This document shows positions 50,135 through 62,322 of a stretch of 64,000 bases of DNA, in pieces. Position numbers and translations under genes: made by a program. The stretch's first letter is position 1; each line of letters starts with the position of its first letter. Below the pieces are notes generated by a model that saw only the letters and a program-made list of their open reading frames with translations, had not been told where the DNA came from and did not search any database. Origin of the DNA: Octopus vulgaris (lineage: Eukaryota). The stretch lies in contig OX597828.1 in assembly GCA_951406725.2 (NCBI GenBank), positions 14,694,001-14,758,000 on the forward strand, written 5' to 3'.

Positions 50135-50331
50135 CAGAGTCTGCCAAAAATAATTTATACACGCTTCTGGAAAGTGGAAAATCTGTACAAATATTTTAAT
50201 TCAGTGTTATAGCATATTTGATAAAACATCGAAAGAAGTATTTATATTTATAGAGGTAATTATGCAAGTTAAATATTTATATAGATTTTTTCCATTCCTG
50301 AAGTGTGTATAAAGTTTTTTGGCAGATTCTG
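50135..50331. mobile_element. Tc1/mariner-type MITE
   Basis: Long imperfect TIRs CAGAGTCTGCCAAAAA..TTTATACAC / GTGTATAAA..TTTTTGGCAGATTCTG-TA. Confidence 0.75.
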
Positions 50332-53163
50332 TATATATGAAATACCTCCAGGTCCCATATGCAAAGTTGGGCCTTTAATGTACAAAAACCATTCCCCCTT
50401 CCTGAATATGCACTGCTGAAACTGGGATGAGTCTAACATGCCCAGCCATTTTTTATGCCATCAAATATGGTAATTAAAGCCTGCAATTAACAGCTTTATG
50501 AAGAATGTAACTGTGATAAATCAATAGAATATTTCAAGAAAATTAACAAAACAGATTCAAACAAAGAATATTTTGGTCAGGAGTTAGAATTAACAAGAAT
50601 ATATGAGATTAAGTGAATTATTTAATTTGGTTGCTCTTAAGACAGTAATCTTAACTAAGCATAAGGTCAGTTTCCATAAGTGAGTATAGCTAATTGAACT
50701 TATTCCAGTATATTACTAGTACCTATTTCATCAACTCATGTAGAATGAAAGGCCAGTTAAGTACAAGGTACATTATGAAGTCACCAACATTTGTGGGCTA
50801 TAGTGAAACTAGTGAATATTACAGGGTATGTGAACCAGATGTCAAGCATCTAGCTGACCATATGCCATCAATAATGATGGCTAATTTTAGTATTTTATGT
50901 ACAAAATACGGTACATAATAATCACACATACAAACATTCACATACTTCCTTTGTACATGCACACACATATACTCACACAGAGTTGAGATGCTGATTTTTT
51001 TTTTTTTCACCCCTTCCTTCCTTAATCATCTATCACCCCTTCTTTTCTCTTATTGCTATTACTTTCTTTTACTCCCTCTCAGTCAGGGCTATCACTCTCC
51101 TCACTGTCCTGTTCTTGTTACCAATTTCACCCTCCGCAAAAAATACCAAATTTTATTTGATTTGCTTTGCGGGAAGAACTGTTTCAACAAAGTTGCGTAT
51201 TGTTGTTGCCTTCGAAACGTGGAGTAGATGAAACAGGGACAACTGAAGAAGGGGAATATTCTTTATGTTGTATGTCTCGTTTCTCTGTTTTTTTCGCTGT
51301 TTGAAAAAAAGTTTGTTTTCTATGTTTTCGTTTCTCATTGTGTTCAACGTTTTTTGATGTCCTGTACCCATATATTCATGTATATATACATATATATGTA
51401 GGTATGTACATATATGTATGTATATATGCATATATTTATATATTAGTTATACTATTACTCTCTGCACTGAATTACTATTTTCTCTCCTCCTCTGCGTCCG
51501 GCATGATTCTGGACATACAAATATATAAAAACACTACACTCATTATTATATTTGGAGATAACGACGACGACAGAGATTGGACTGAGCAATTTGTGGTCCA
51601 TAGGATATGCAATGTTAAACATAAAAATACCCAATATTTTGATGACATTAATCGAAAGAATTCGCCTGTAAAAGGGAAATGATAACAATCTTCTTTAAGA
51701 GATATGTCATCTATCCAGTTTTAGTAAAAACTTATCAAGTATCAATAAGAGTTTCTATATGGCTGCTTGAAATGCTAGAAATAACAACCAAATCTTCCTC
51801 AAATCATATGTCACCATCTTATAAAAAGGACACACACATTGTATACTAGATGCAATGTCCTCAATACACTACTTCTGAAAACAAGACAAGATTTTCACAG
51901 CTAGCGTACCTTCAATCAAAGGTCTGCTTAGGGCTGACATGAGGCTAAACACACCAGATAAATCAACTGAAGCATATGGTTGCTAAATAAACTTACTCAG
52001 CTCTGGTTGAGCAACCAATCCAACACTTATAAGTAACTTAAGAATATGCCATATTTTGATATGGCCAAAGAGCATGCTATGCACTCGCCTGTGCAGTATT
52101 TAGTTGTATCTGGTACAGCAAGGCAATCAGAGCATGCTACATTTATCTTATTAGCCTAGATATTTCACCATCCGATCGTGGCCGTTGCCAGCCTCGTCTG
52201 GCACCGGTGGCCAGATCAGACTGGGCCTAGTGCAGCCTTCTGGCTTCCCAGACCCCAGTTGAACCGTCCAACCCATGCTAGCATGGAAAGCGGACGTTAA
52301 ACGATGATGATGATGTTTCACTGAAATATGGGTTTGAAAACAGCTTTGCAACTGAACGCTCTTACTTACTTATATATACACACACATCTTTCTTTCATCC
52401 TTTTACTTGTTTCACTCATTGGGATGCAGCCATGCAGAGGCTGCCATCTTAAAGGGTTTAGTCAAACAAATCAACCCTGGTACCTACTTTTAGTATTTAT
52501 TCTATCATATTCTTTTGCCAAACTACTAAGGCATAGGAATGTAAACAAACCAATACTAATTGTCGAGCAGTGGCAGAGCACACACACACACACACCAGGC
52601 TTCTAAGGTTTCTATCAATCAAACTCACTCACAAAGCATTGGTTGACCTGGGACCACAGTAGAAGACACATTTCCGAGGTGCTGCGCAGTGGGACTAAAC
52701 TAAAACTCAAATGGTTGCAAAGCGAACTTCTTAACCACATAATCATGCCCATATTCTGCACATGGAATAACTAGATGGAGCAACCCCTTTGGACCCATGG
52801 CCTTTTCATTTCTATTTTTGTACCTATATTTTAAAATCAGCTTGCTTACATATATTCATAGCAAGTGAAAGCACAAATCTAACTATAGCCTATTCTTAGT
52901 GTATACATGCATTAAACCAGTTTTCATGCAAATAGCAAGTTATAATTCACATGCAGATGTCTTTTTTAAAAAATCTGAAATGGGATAAAATGTTTTGAAT
53001 CTTAGAAATTAACTCTTGGAATTTTAGTTGTGAAAAAGAAATATTAGAATATATTTAATGGCAAATTATCAATATGTTAATTTAATCCTCAGTGATTATG
53101 TTTCTAATGAGATATGCTGTTTAGGCTTCAAGTAATTTTGTAAATGGAAAAATGAATTTAGAG

Positions 53164-53461
53164 CAGTGGTTCCCAAAGTGGGCGGTATTGCCCTCTTGGG
53201 GGTGATGGAAAATTCCAAGGGGGTGTTGAAGAAAAGTAAGGCAATAATGGGATAGCGATTCATGTAAAAAAGTGGGGTGATAATGGGGTAGCAATTCATA
53301 TAAAAACAACAAAATAAAGGGTTCATTAGCTTAAGATTTATTTGTGAAATACAGTGGCTTTGTATTTGCTTCAGAAAGAAGTCTCTGTTTGGGGTGGGGT
53401 CACTAGGAATGTGACCTGGGTATCAAGGGGGCGGCAGCCTGAAAATGTTTGGGAACCACTG
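53164..53461. mobile_element. hAT (Charlie-like) MITE
   Basis: TIRs CAGTGGTTCCCAAA / TTTGGGAACCACTG; 8-bp TSD ATTTAGAG / TTTTAGAG. Confidence 0.9.
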
Positions 53462-53863
53462 TTTTAGAGGAATTTAGTAAAATAATTTTTTTTTCTCTAT
53501 TTACTGGTAAAAGTTCTTAAAATTACAATGAAGGTTTTTATTAAAATGTGAACACCTAAACAACAGGAGGTTTTGCATTAGAGGAAACTCCAAGTCAGTC
53601 AGTGTGAAAAAAGTTACACATCAATGAATGCATAAAATTTTTGAATATGTTAATACTTTCATTAACAACTTGCCCAATAAAATGTGTTTTTTTGTAAATA
53701 GAGATCTCAAGGAGAGAGACAGAGAGAGAGAGAGAGAATAGATATAATGGAACCTAGTGTAACATCAAAGCTACAAGCTCCATGATGCATTCAACTTCAC
53801 ATCTGAAATAAACACTAAAACCAAGTGAGAGAGAGAGAGGGAATAAAAACACATTCAACTCAC

Positions 53864-53929
53864 CTCGTAAATCAAGTATTTGTTGTTTCACATCTCTTGT
53901 TGCTTCAATCATCCTTTTCTGTTCAAGAG
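53864..53929 (-). CDS. SLMAP: SLMAP-like exon (ALEQKRMIEATRDVKQQILDLR), 66 nt, phase 1-1
   Basis: TCTTTTTTCAG / GTGAGT. Confidence 0.85.
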
Positions 53930-54734
53930 CTGAAAAAAGACAAAAACGAAACATTCATTCTCCTGAATTTTCAAAATAGACAGTTGAATCTCTTGAGAGC
54001 AAAACATCTTAACTATTCCTGCACTACAAAAATCTCCGGAAAATAGCTTTTAAAAAATAAACAAATAAATCACAATTATACATAAAACATTCATGTATAG
54101 ATTATAATCTGGAAAACAAGTGAAATCTGAACAATCAAACTGATATATTTTGGAAACATTAGGTGGACATGCTTTATTTACAATAAATAGAAAGCTCCAA
54201 TAAGCTGTATAATGAGATAAAAAGAACAAATCCTATATGCTATAGATCTTACCTACAATCTGACCGAGACACAATGCAGTAATGGATTACTGACTGGCAA
54301 GTCAAACAAGCTGTAGATAAGTACACCAATATACATTTTCAAAAGAGAAAACCCACTACTTTCGCCAAAACACCAAACCTAAGAAGTCTGCTGGGATTAT
54401 TGTCAACAATGGTCTACATTGGATGAATTACAGTTCTAAAATCGTCAAAAAAAAAAAAAAAAAAGCCAAAGGTGTTAAAAGCACCAACCGATCGTGGCCG
54501 ATGCCAGACCCCCCCTGGCACCTGTGCAGGTGGCATGTAAAAAGCACTCACTACACTCGTGGAGTGGTTGGCATTAGGAAGGGTATCCAGCTGTAGAAAC
54601 ACTGCCAGATCAGACTGGAGCCTGGTGCAGCCCCTGGCTTCCCAGACCCCGGTCGAACCATCCATTACTTATTAAGATCTTTGTCAGCTGCTTACCAGCT
54701 ATCTATTTAAAGATAAATAATGGAATAGTATACA

Positions 54735-55150
54735 TCCACACTGTTTGCATCTCCAGTCTGGAAACCCCATCTTGTTCAGAATATCAATCCTGGAAGCTGT
54801 CCAGAGGCATGCAATGAGATGAATAATCTTTATCACTCACTAAACATATCTTTAATAGCTTGCTTCTTTGTGCATTAACAGACTAAAGTTATGATGTTTA
54901 GCTGCTTACTTAGTAGAAGCCCAAAAGATTTTCCACAATTTTTCCAACAACTTTGGCCACCTTTTTGAATTCAATACCTCTATCAACTAGGGTTATGCTT
55001 ATAAAAATTTTAAAAATTTAAAAAACCCACAAAAACTGTGCAACACCTATGACTTTCAGAAAACATCTTTTTCAAGCTCAGAACAGTCAAAGCATGAAAT
55101 AAGACTACCAGCAGCAATTGTTAATTGTCAGGATACTGCATCCTTAAAAA
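54735..55150 (+). mobile_element. CR1-like LINE 3' remnant; related remnant at ~63200-63430
   Basis: SPVW.PHLVQNI..LEAVQRHA-like peptide and VNCQDTAS ending. Confidence 0.6.
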
Positions 55151-55824
55151 AATTCCATACTTCCCAAAATTTACCAATCCTATTCCTGACATGCACCCCT
55201 TTTTCACGGCACTGTCACTGTACACTTTTCTGGCTTTCAATGCTTGCTTTAATTCATTTATAGATGCTTTCTGCCCTCCACTTTTTCCCTTTCCCAAGTT
55301 GTGCACCTAAACATTGTATACAATAAGCTCATTATTATTATTATTATTATTAGCATCATTAAGGCAGCAAGCTGGCAGAATCATGACTGCACAGGACAAA
55401 ATAATTAGCAGCATTTCTTCTGGTTTTACATTCCGAGTTCAAATTCCACCAAGGTTAACTTTGCGTTTCATCCTTTCAGGGTCAATGAAATAAGTTGACG
55501 TAATTAAATTTCAGGTCTTGTGCCTATAGTAGAAAGGATTATTATTATTTTAGCACACCAGCTAAAATGTTTAGTGGCATTCTGTCCATCCTCACACCCC
55601 GAGTTCAAATTCACCGAGGTCAACTTTGCCTTTCATCCTTTTGGAGTTAAAGTGCCAGGCAAGTGCAGGGGTTGATGAAACCAACTTTCCCTTCCCCTTT
55701 AAAACAGTTGGACCAGTGCCAAAATTTGAAACCAATATTATTTTTTTTTACTTTCCCCCCAAAGTTAATCATTAAGTAATTTTTTATGAATATATGAATC
55801 TAAATAACAGAGAAATTAGATTAC

Positions 55825-55860
55825 CTTTGAATATTATTCCATTTCTAACAAAAGACTGAC
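55825..55860 (-). CDS. Candidate 36-nt microexon (GQSFVRNGIIFK), phase 1-1
   Basis: ATTTCTCTAG acceptor, AAG|GTAATC donor, in frame; peptide is not coiled-coil-like. Confidence 0.4.
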
Positions 55861-58500
55861 CTAGAGAAATGACAGATTATCATGAACTTTGAAACACTTT
55901 ACTCTAACTTCTAACATTTTCTTCATAAGACTGACTTAATTCTGAAAATGTTCAACAACAGCAACAAATCCAAATGTTATGGATATTAAATAAATAAATA
56001 AATGAAAAATCTTCCTGTATTGTTATTTACATGAGAACCTTATCACGTGTTTTGGAAATTTACTCAAGTTGGATTTACTAACAAATTCTTCCTTCAGTCA
56101 TTCTATTTATTTATTTTTTTTGCAAAGAAATAAAGAAATCTTATTTACCCTTTAGCATTCAGATTATTTTGTCAAATGTAATGCTTTTTTATTCACATTG
56201 TTTTGAATTAATCATGCATTATCTCATAGCTTTAAGAATTCAATAAAGTGGTTGCTTAATTTTTTTAAATGACACTGAATGAAAAGCTTTGTTTAATTTT
56301 TTTTAATGGCATTGTATGGCAGGTGTGAGAGGCCTGATCTGGTTGGTTTGAATGCTAAAGGGTTAATCTTTTGCAATACCACTCGGCAGTTTCTTCTTCC
56401 ATCCTACAATTCTTAATGCCAATCTTGGTTTGTGGGAAGTATAGACTGATTTGAGTAGGGCCCTGCATCAGTGAAAATTATATGCAATGATATTTTTTTT
56501 TTTTTGCCCCTCTTTCCTGTGCATCTTCAACTTTTGACATCAAACTGCTCCTAGCCAAAATTCATCTTTCATTCGATTAAATACTAGTAATAAACTGAAA
56601 TCATTTCAACTAGCTATACCTCCTTTTGTATAAATTTATGGATTTGCACCAATTATCATAATTGTGCCAGTGGCACTTAAAGGCACCATTCGAGCGTGAT
56701 CGTTACCAGCGTCACCTTACTGGCACTCAAACCCCGTGCTAGTAGGGTATTAAGAGCACCATCCAAGTGTGATCGTTGCCAGAGCGGCTATCTGGCCTCC
56801 GTGTCGGTGGCACGTAAAAGACACCATTCGAGCGTGATCGTTATCAGCATCGCCTTACTGGCACCTGTGCCGGTGGCATGTGTAAAAGATTCAAGCGAGG
56901 TCGTTGCCAGTACCAGTGGCACATAAAAGCATCCACTACACTCTTGGAGTGGTTGGCATCAGGAAGGGCATCCAGCTGTAGAAACTCTGCCAGATCAAGA
57001 TTGAAGCCCGGTGCAGCCATCTGGTTCGCCAGCTCTCAGTCATTCGTCCAACCCCTGCTAGCATGGAAAGCGGACATGATGATGATGATGATTACTGTTG
57101 TTCTTATTATTACAAGGTGGTCAATATAGTCAACTAGCCTTATCTCCTAAAAAATTTCAGGCCTTGTGCCTATACTAGAAAGGATTATTGGACCCTGCAG
57201 TAGACAAGCTTCCTATTCAGAAGGTATGTTGTGATCTCCGACACTCATACAGCATGGAAGACCTAGTAACCCCCTTTATGAGTCCTAGGGCTAAATAAGT
57301 AACCCATTGAAAAGCAGATTAAATAGCTTGATATATTTATTCACATTCTGCATTCAAATCCTGGATAAGAGTCCATCGTACTCCAAACACTAGTTTCTAC
57401 CATGATTATTACCATCAGAAGAAGGTGGCAAAATCGTTAGCACACTGGGCTTAGTGTCATTTCATCTGTTTTTACATTCTCAGTTCAAATTTTGCCGAGG
57501 TCAACTTTGGCTGTTTTTTTTTTTTTCGAGGTTGGTGAAATAAGTAGCAGTTGAACACTGCAGTCAATGTAATCGACTTGCCAATTCCTCTGAAATTGCT
57601 GGCCTTGTACCAAAATTGGAAACCAATTTTAATGGTCATGCCGGTGGCACATAAAAAGCACCATTCAAGTGTGATCGCTACCAACGTCGCCTTATTGGCA
57701 CTTCTGCCGGTGGCACGTGAAAAAACATTCAGGTGAGGTCATTGCCAGTGCCACTAGATTGGCTCCTGTGCAGGTGGCACGTAAAATACACCATTTTGGA
57801 CGCGGCCGTTGCCAGTACTGCCTGATTGGCCCTCATGCCGATGGCACGTAAAAGCACCCACTACACTCTAGGAGTGGTTAGCGTTAGGAAGGGCATCCAG
57901 CTGTAGAAACTCTGCCAGATCAAGATTGGAGCCTGGTGCAGCCATCTGGTTCGCCAGTCCTCAGTCAAATCGTCCAACCCATGCTAGCATGGAAAACGGA
58001 CGTTAAACGATGATGATGAATAAGGCAGTGAACTGGCAGAACTGTTAGCACACCAGGACAAAATGTTTAGTGACATCTGGTCCTGAAGGCGGTGAGCTGG
58101 GAGAATCATTAGCAAACCAGAGAAATATTAAGCAGCATTTCAACCACCTTTACGTTCCAAGACCAAATTCCACTGAGGTCAACTTTTCCTTTCATCCTTT
58201 CAAGGTCAATGAAATAAATACCAGTTGCACACTGGGGTCAATGTTATTCATTGACCCCCTCCCACAAAATTGCTAGCTCTGTGCCAAAATTTGAAACTAC
58301 TATTACTAACAGCACAAAAAATACCTGCTGTTTCATATCACCAGTAATTTACCCATTTTACTGCCTATCCTTCTTATCTCTGGTTATTCTTTTTTTGTCC
58401 TATGTTAAAATCTAAGATACAGTGTCAGAAAGTAAGAGAAGTTTAACCCTTTTCTTTCTGACACAAAAAAAAAATTAAAAAATAAACATAAGAAGCAAAC

Positions 58501-58671
58501 CTTTTAATTTTTCGACATCAATTAGATGAGGCTTTTCAGAATCAAGATGATTGGAAATTTGATAAGGAGAAGTAAGAGTTAAACTGTCAACTGGTTCATA
58601 TTTCTCATCATCATGGTCAATTTTCTCAGACTGTTGTAAAGTCCATTCAGATTCTAATTCTTCAATTTCAG
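58501..58671 (-). CDS. SLMAP: SLMAP-like exon (AEIEELESEWTLQQSEK...LIDVEKLK), 171 nt, phase 1-1
   Basis: TTTTTATTTCTCAG / AAG|GTTTGC; 57 open codons with an acidic linker. Confidence 0.8.
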
Positions 58672-58734
58672 CTGAGAAATAAAAAGTTAAACTTCTGTGC
58701 CAAAACTAACAAAATACAAGTTTATTGTCTAAAA

Positions 58735-59370
58735 TCTACAGTTTTAAAATTGTTAGATAATCTAGTTTTAAAATTGTTAGTTAATCTACAAATTATTAAA
58801 CAGTCAGTTAATCGGCTGTTTTGAAACGGTCAGTTAATCGGCTGTTTTGAAACGGTCAGTTAATCGGCTGTTTTGAAACGGTCAGTTAATCAGCTGTTTT
58901 GAAACGGTCAGTTAATCGACTGTTTTGAAATGGTCAGTTAATCGGTGGTTTTAAAATGGCCAGTTAATCGGCTATTTTGAAATGGTCAGTTAATCGGCTG
59001 TTTTGAAACGGTCAGTTAATCGGCTGTTTTAAAATGGTCAGTTAATCGGCTGTTTTGAAATGGTCAGTTAATCGGCTGTTTTGAAATGGTCAGTTAATCG
59101 GCTGTTTTGAAATGGTCAGTTAATCGGCTGTTTTGAAATGGTCAGTTAATCGGCTGTTTTGAAATGGTCAGTTAATCGGCTGTTTTGAAATGGCCAGTTA
59201 ATCGGCTGTTTTAAAACGGTCAGTAAAGAGTATTTTAAAATGGTTAGTAAACAGACTATTTTCAAATGGTTAGTAAATCGAGTATTTTAAAATGGTTAGT
59301 AAACAGACTATTTTAAAATGGTTAGTAAATAGACTATCTTAAAATGGTTAGTTTATCTACAGTTTTAAAG
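58735..59370. repeat. 26-bp minisatellite (CAGTTAATCGGCTGTTTTGAAAYGGT), ~16 homogeneous units plus degenerate flanks
   Basis: Direct inspection. Confidence 0.97.
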
Positions 59371-59944
59371 TATTCATACATCTTACTTCATGTGGATATA
59401 CTGTAGAAAACTGTAGTATTTACCTCAAGAAGGCATCTCATAAAAGACATTTTCTGGCTTTCTACAATATATGCTTGCTAAGTAAGACATACAGAATACT
59501 GTTTCTGTCACTAATAATATTTAAAATAGATTTTTGACATTCATTTCTCCATGCTTGCAGGGGTCAAAGAGAATTTGTTGAGGGAGATTTTCTATAACAC
59601 GGTGACCTTTCTGTTGCCAACTCTCACCTGGCTGGAAATGTCTTCACAGAAGATTGGAAAAGAACACCACCACTTGTACAACAAAGACACTCATTTACAA
59701 CTATCACACAGCATCAAGACAAGGAAGCACAAACACACACATATATATACACTATATATACAAACTACAACTTTCAATTTATAGCTAGCAAATTCACTTA
59801 CAAGGCTTTGGATGGCCCAATGTTATAGTAGAAGACACTTGCTCAAACTGTCTACAGTGGATTGAACCCAAAACCATATAGTTGCAAAGTGAGTTTTTTC
59901 ATCACATGGCCATGCTGTGCAGATATACATATATATATAATCAT

Positions 59945-60300
59945 TCAAGCTCCAGATGTTTGTAAATAGAGGTCTTTGCAACAGCCTTTGGTAAGATGGC
60001 AAGACAAATTCACAAACAAGGCCTTGTAGAGAACAGGCAAACCAACAATCTATTGAAACCCAAATGAAGAGGAGAAAATAAAGTTGGCTGTGACACACCT
60101 GGCAGAAACCCTATTTTCAATATTACAAAGCAAGCCTTCCTCTGATGGACACCCAAGGGAGAGGGAAGCATAACAGACCAAAGACAACGCGGAGAAGGTC
60201 CACAAAAACTAAAGCACTGGAAAGCAGCTACTCCTGGAGACAACCACAATCCATTGTCTAAGATTGAGACATGGAGATCTCTTGATGGGGCCCAGTGCTC
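59945..60300 (+). mobile_element. RTE LINE C-terminal remnant
   Basis: KLQMFVNR..RWQDKFTNKAL..IETQMKRRK*SWL*HT..NITKQA..RPKTTRRRS. Confidence 0.75.
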
Positions 60301-60553
60301 TAATTGGAATCAAAGGAATTTGTGAATGAAAAATTAATGATTTATCATTGTTTTTATGCCTACTTTTCCCATACTGGCAAAAGGCTGGACAAGAGTTATT
60401 GGGGCAATACTCTACAAAGCACAATGAAGGAGGAGGAACTGTAGATATGAACTTAAACCTCATAAATATGTAGTCCAATACCTTAGCCAAACCATTTTAA
60501 TTTCCAGTCTATTATAGTAGTGTAAGGAAACCAAGATTAGCCACACTCTAGAC

Positions 60554-60740
60554 CAGTGCTTTTCAAACTTTTTGCTAGAGTGGAACCCCAAGGAAACATT
60601 CCACTGGCTCGAGGAACCCCTGTGCAATAATTTAATAGTTTTATGCACACATATTTGCACAAGAGAATTAAAAATTACTGCCGATTTTAGCAGTTTTGTA
60701 ACTTCTTGCAGAACCCCTGGACTGTACTGGTGGAACCCTG
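60554..60740. mobile_element. hAT (Charlie-like) MITE with eroded right TIR
   Basis: Perfect 8-bp TSD CTCTAGAC at 60546-60553 and 60741-60748; CAG...CTG ends. Confidence 0.88.
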
Positions 60741-61704
60741 CTCTAGACTAAGGAAGACAGCTCAGTGGTTCTCAAAACATTTTGGCAGTAATTCATTATA
60801 CAATTTTCCAAAAAGTCACAGAACCCATAGGATACAACTGCATTCTATTTCTGTTTCAAATATAAAAATGAAATGACAATGGGTAATGTAGGACTAGGCA
60901 CACTCAAAGCAAGACTGGGTAGCTGCAGCTGGAAGATGTAACCATATTCCTAATGAAACATACTGTCCCCATATTTCAATTTTGAAAACGTCAAGAATTT
61001 GGAAGGATTAAATCAGATATCTAATGCTCTGATTAAGCTGACATTTGAACCATTAACAAAAAAAAAAAAAAAAAAGCTCATATATTATCGCAGTTGGGTT
61101 AATTTAAGTACAGATGTTTTAAAACTACAGGATTTTTATCACAGAACCTAAAGTAGGCTGAGACATGTTGGTATCAAAGCAATCATTAGTCTCATTTGAT
61201 CAGGACTAGCCTAGGGCCAAATACCAACAAAAACAATATAAGGTTTCCCATTCATAACATAATAGTTTTTGTATTATTTATAATTAACAATTTGTTATTA
61301 AGAAATTCATTTCACTATCAGCATTTATTAAAACCAGATCACTGAATAAATACATTTTATATTTAACCTAGTAGTGGCTTTCATCCCTTTCTTCATGTAA
61401 TCATTATAATGTCAATTTTCCTAAGTCGGCCTGGATCAGACAGAGCTTAAAGCAGATTTCCTACAACCAGATACTCTTCCTGTCCCAAGCAAGGTAAATT
61501 TTAATATTTCCCTCATGATCAGACATGCTTTCACAGAATACTGGAGGACAACAATCATGCAATGTCAAGGACAAAGATACACAAACATACACACAAACAC
61601 ATATATATATGTCTATGCAATGGGCTACTTTCACTTTCCATTCACCAAAGAGAAAGGCCTTTCTGACAAGCTAAAAGCAGTCGATTTTCCATCTCTTTAC
61701 TTAC

Positions 61705-61767
61705 CTTCTAAATGTGTGTTCAAATCACTGCTGCACTCAGTCTGCCGGTGAGCTTCTTTCAACTGCA
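61705..61767 (-). CDS. SLMAP: SLMAP-like exon (xQLKEAHRQTECSSDLNTHLE), 63 nt, phase 1-1; most 5' exon seen
   Basis: TCTCTGTTTTACAG / AAG|GTAAGT. Confidence 0.83.
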
Positions 61768-62072
61768 CTGTAAAACAGAGAAGAAAAGAAAACAATTAAT
61801 TTTTGCCTTTATGCTCAATAATATATCGCTAAATTGATCTTCTTGTAAACAACAATTAAAAAAAAACAACTAAAAGGCAAAAACCCTGATGCTTAATTAA
61901 TATCTTTGGTAAAACAGCATCGTGAAAAATGCAGCAATTTAGTTTAATTTTCTTTCATCTTCTCAATTAGGTAAACAGAGAAAGGAACAGCTGAATAGGG
62001 TTCTGTCTTAGTAATTAGTTAAGAATCAGCAGTAATTAGTTTAGAATTAGGTCTACGAAGGAACTTCTACAT

Positions 62073-62322
62073 CAGTGGTTCTCAACCAGGGTTCATATGG
62101 TGCTTGGGAGTCCATATAAGATTTTGTTAAAATTTTATCTGCAATAAATTACTTATACGTCTACAATACACAAAAAATTTTTTTTTATACAATTCCTAAT
62201 AATATTTAATTATAAAAGTACAGTAGGATTTTTTTTTTAAATACACTGAATGATTATTAAGGTCCAATAGAGTAAAATAAGAAACAAAGGGGTCCATAAG
62301 TAAAAAATGGCTGAGTAACCTG
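62073..62322. mobile_element. hAT-type MITE
   Basis: CAGTGGTTCTCAACC / GGCTGAGTAACCTG imperfect TIRs. Confidence 0.65.

Noticed and set aside
51990-52040. Possible exon with GTAAGT donor
   Set aside because: Available acceptors give an in-frame stop or a frameshift
55900-55945. Upstream acceptor giving ELSQSYEENVRS
   Set aside because: Runs into TAG with no convincing in-phase donor
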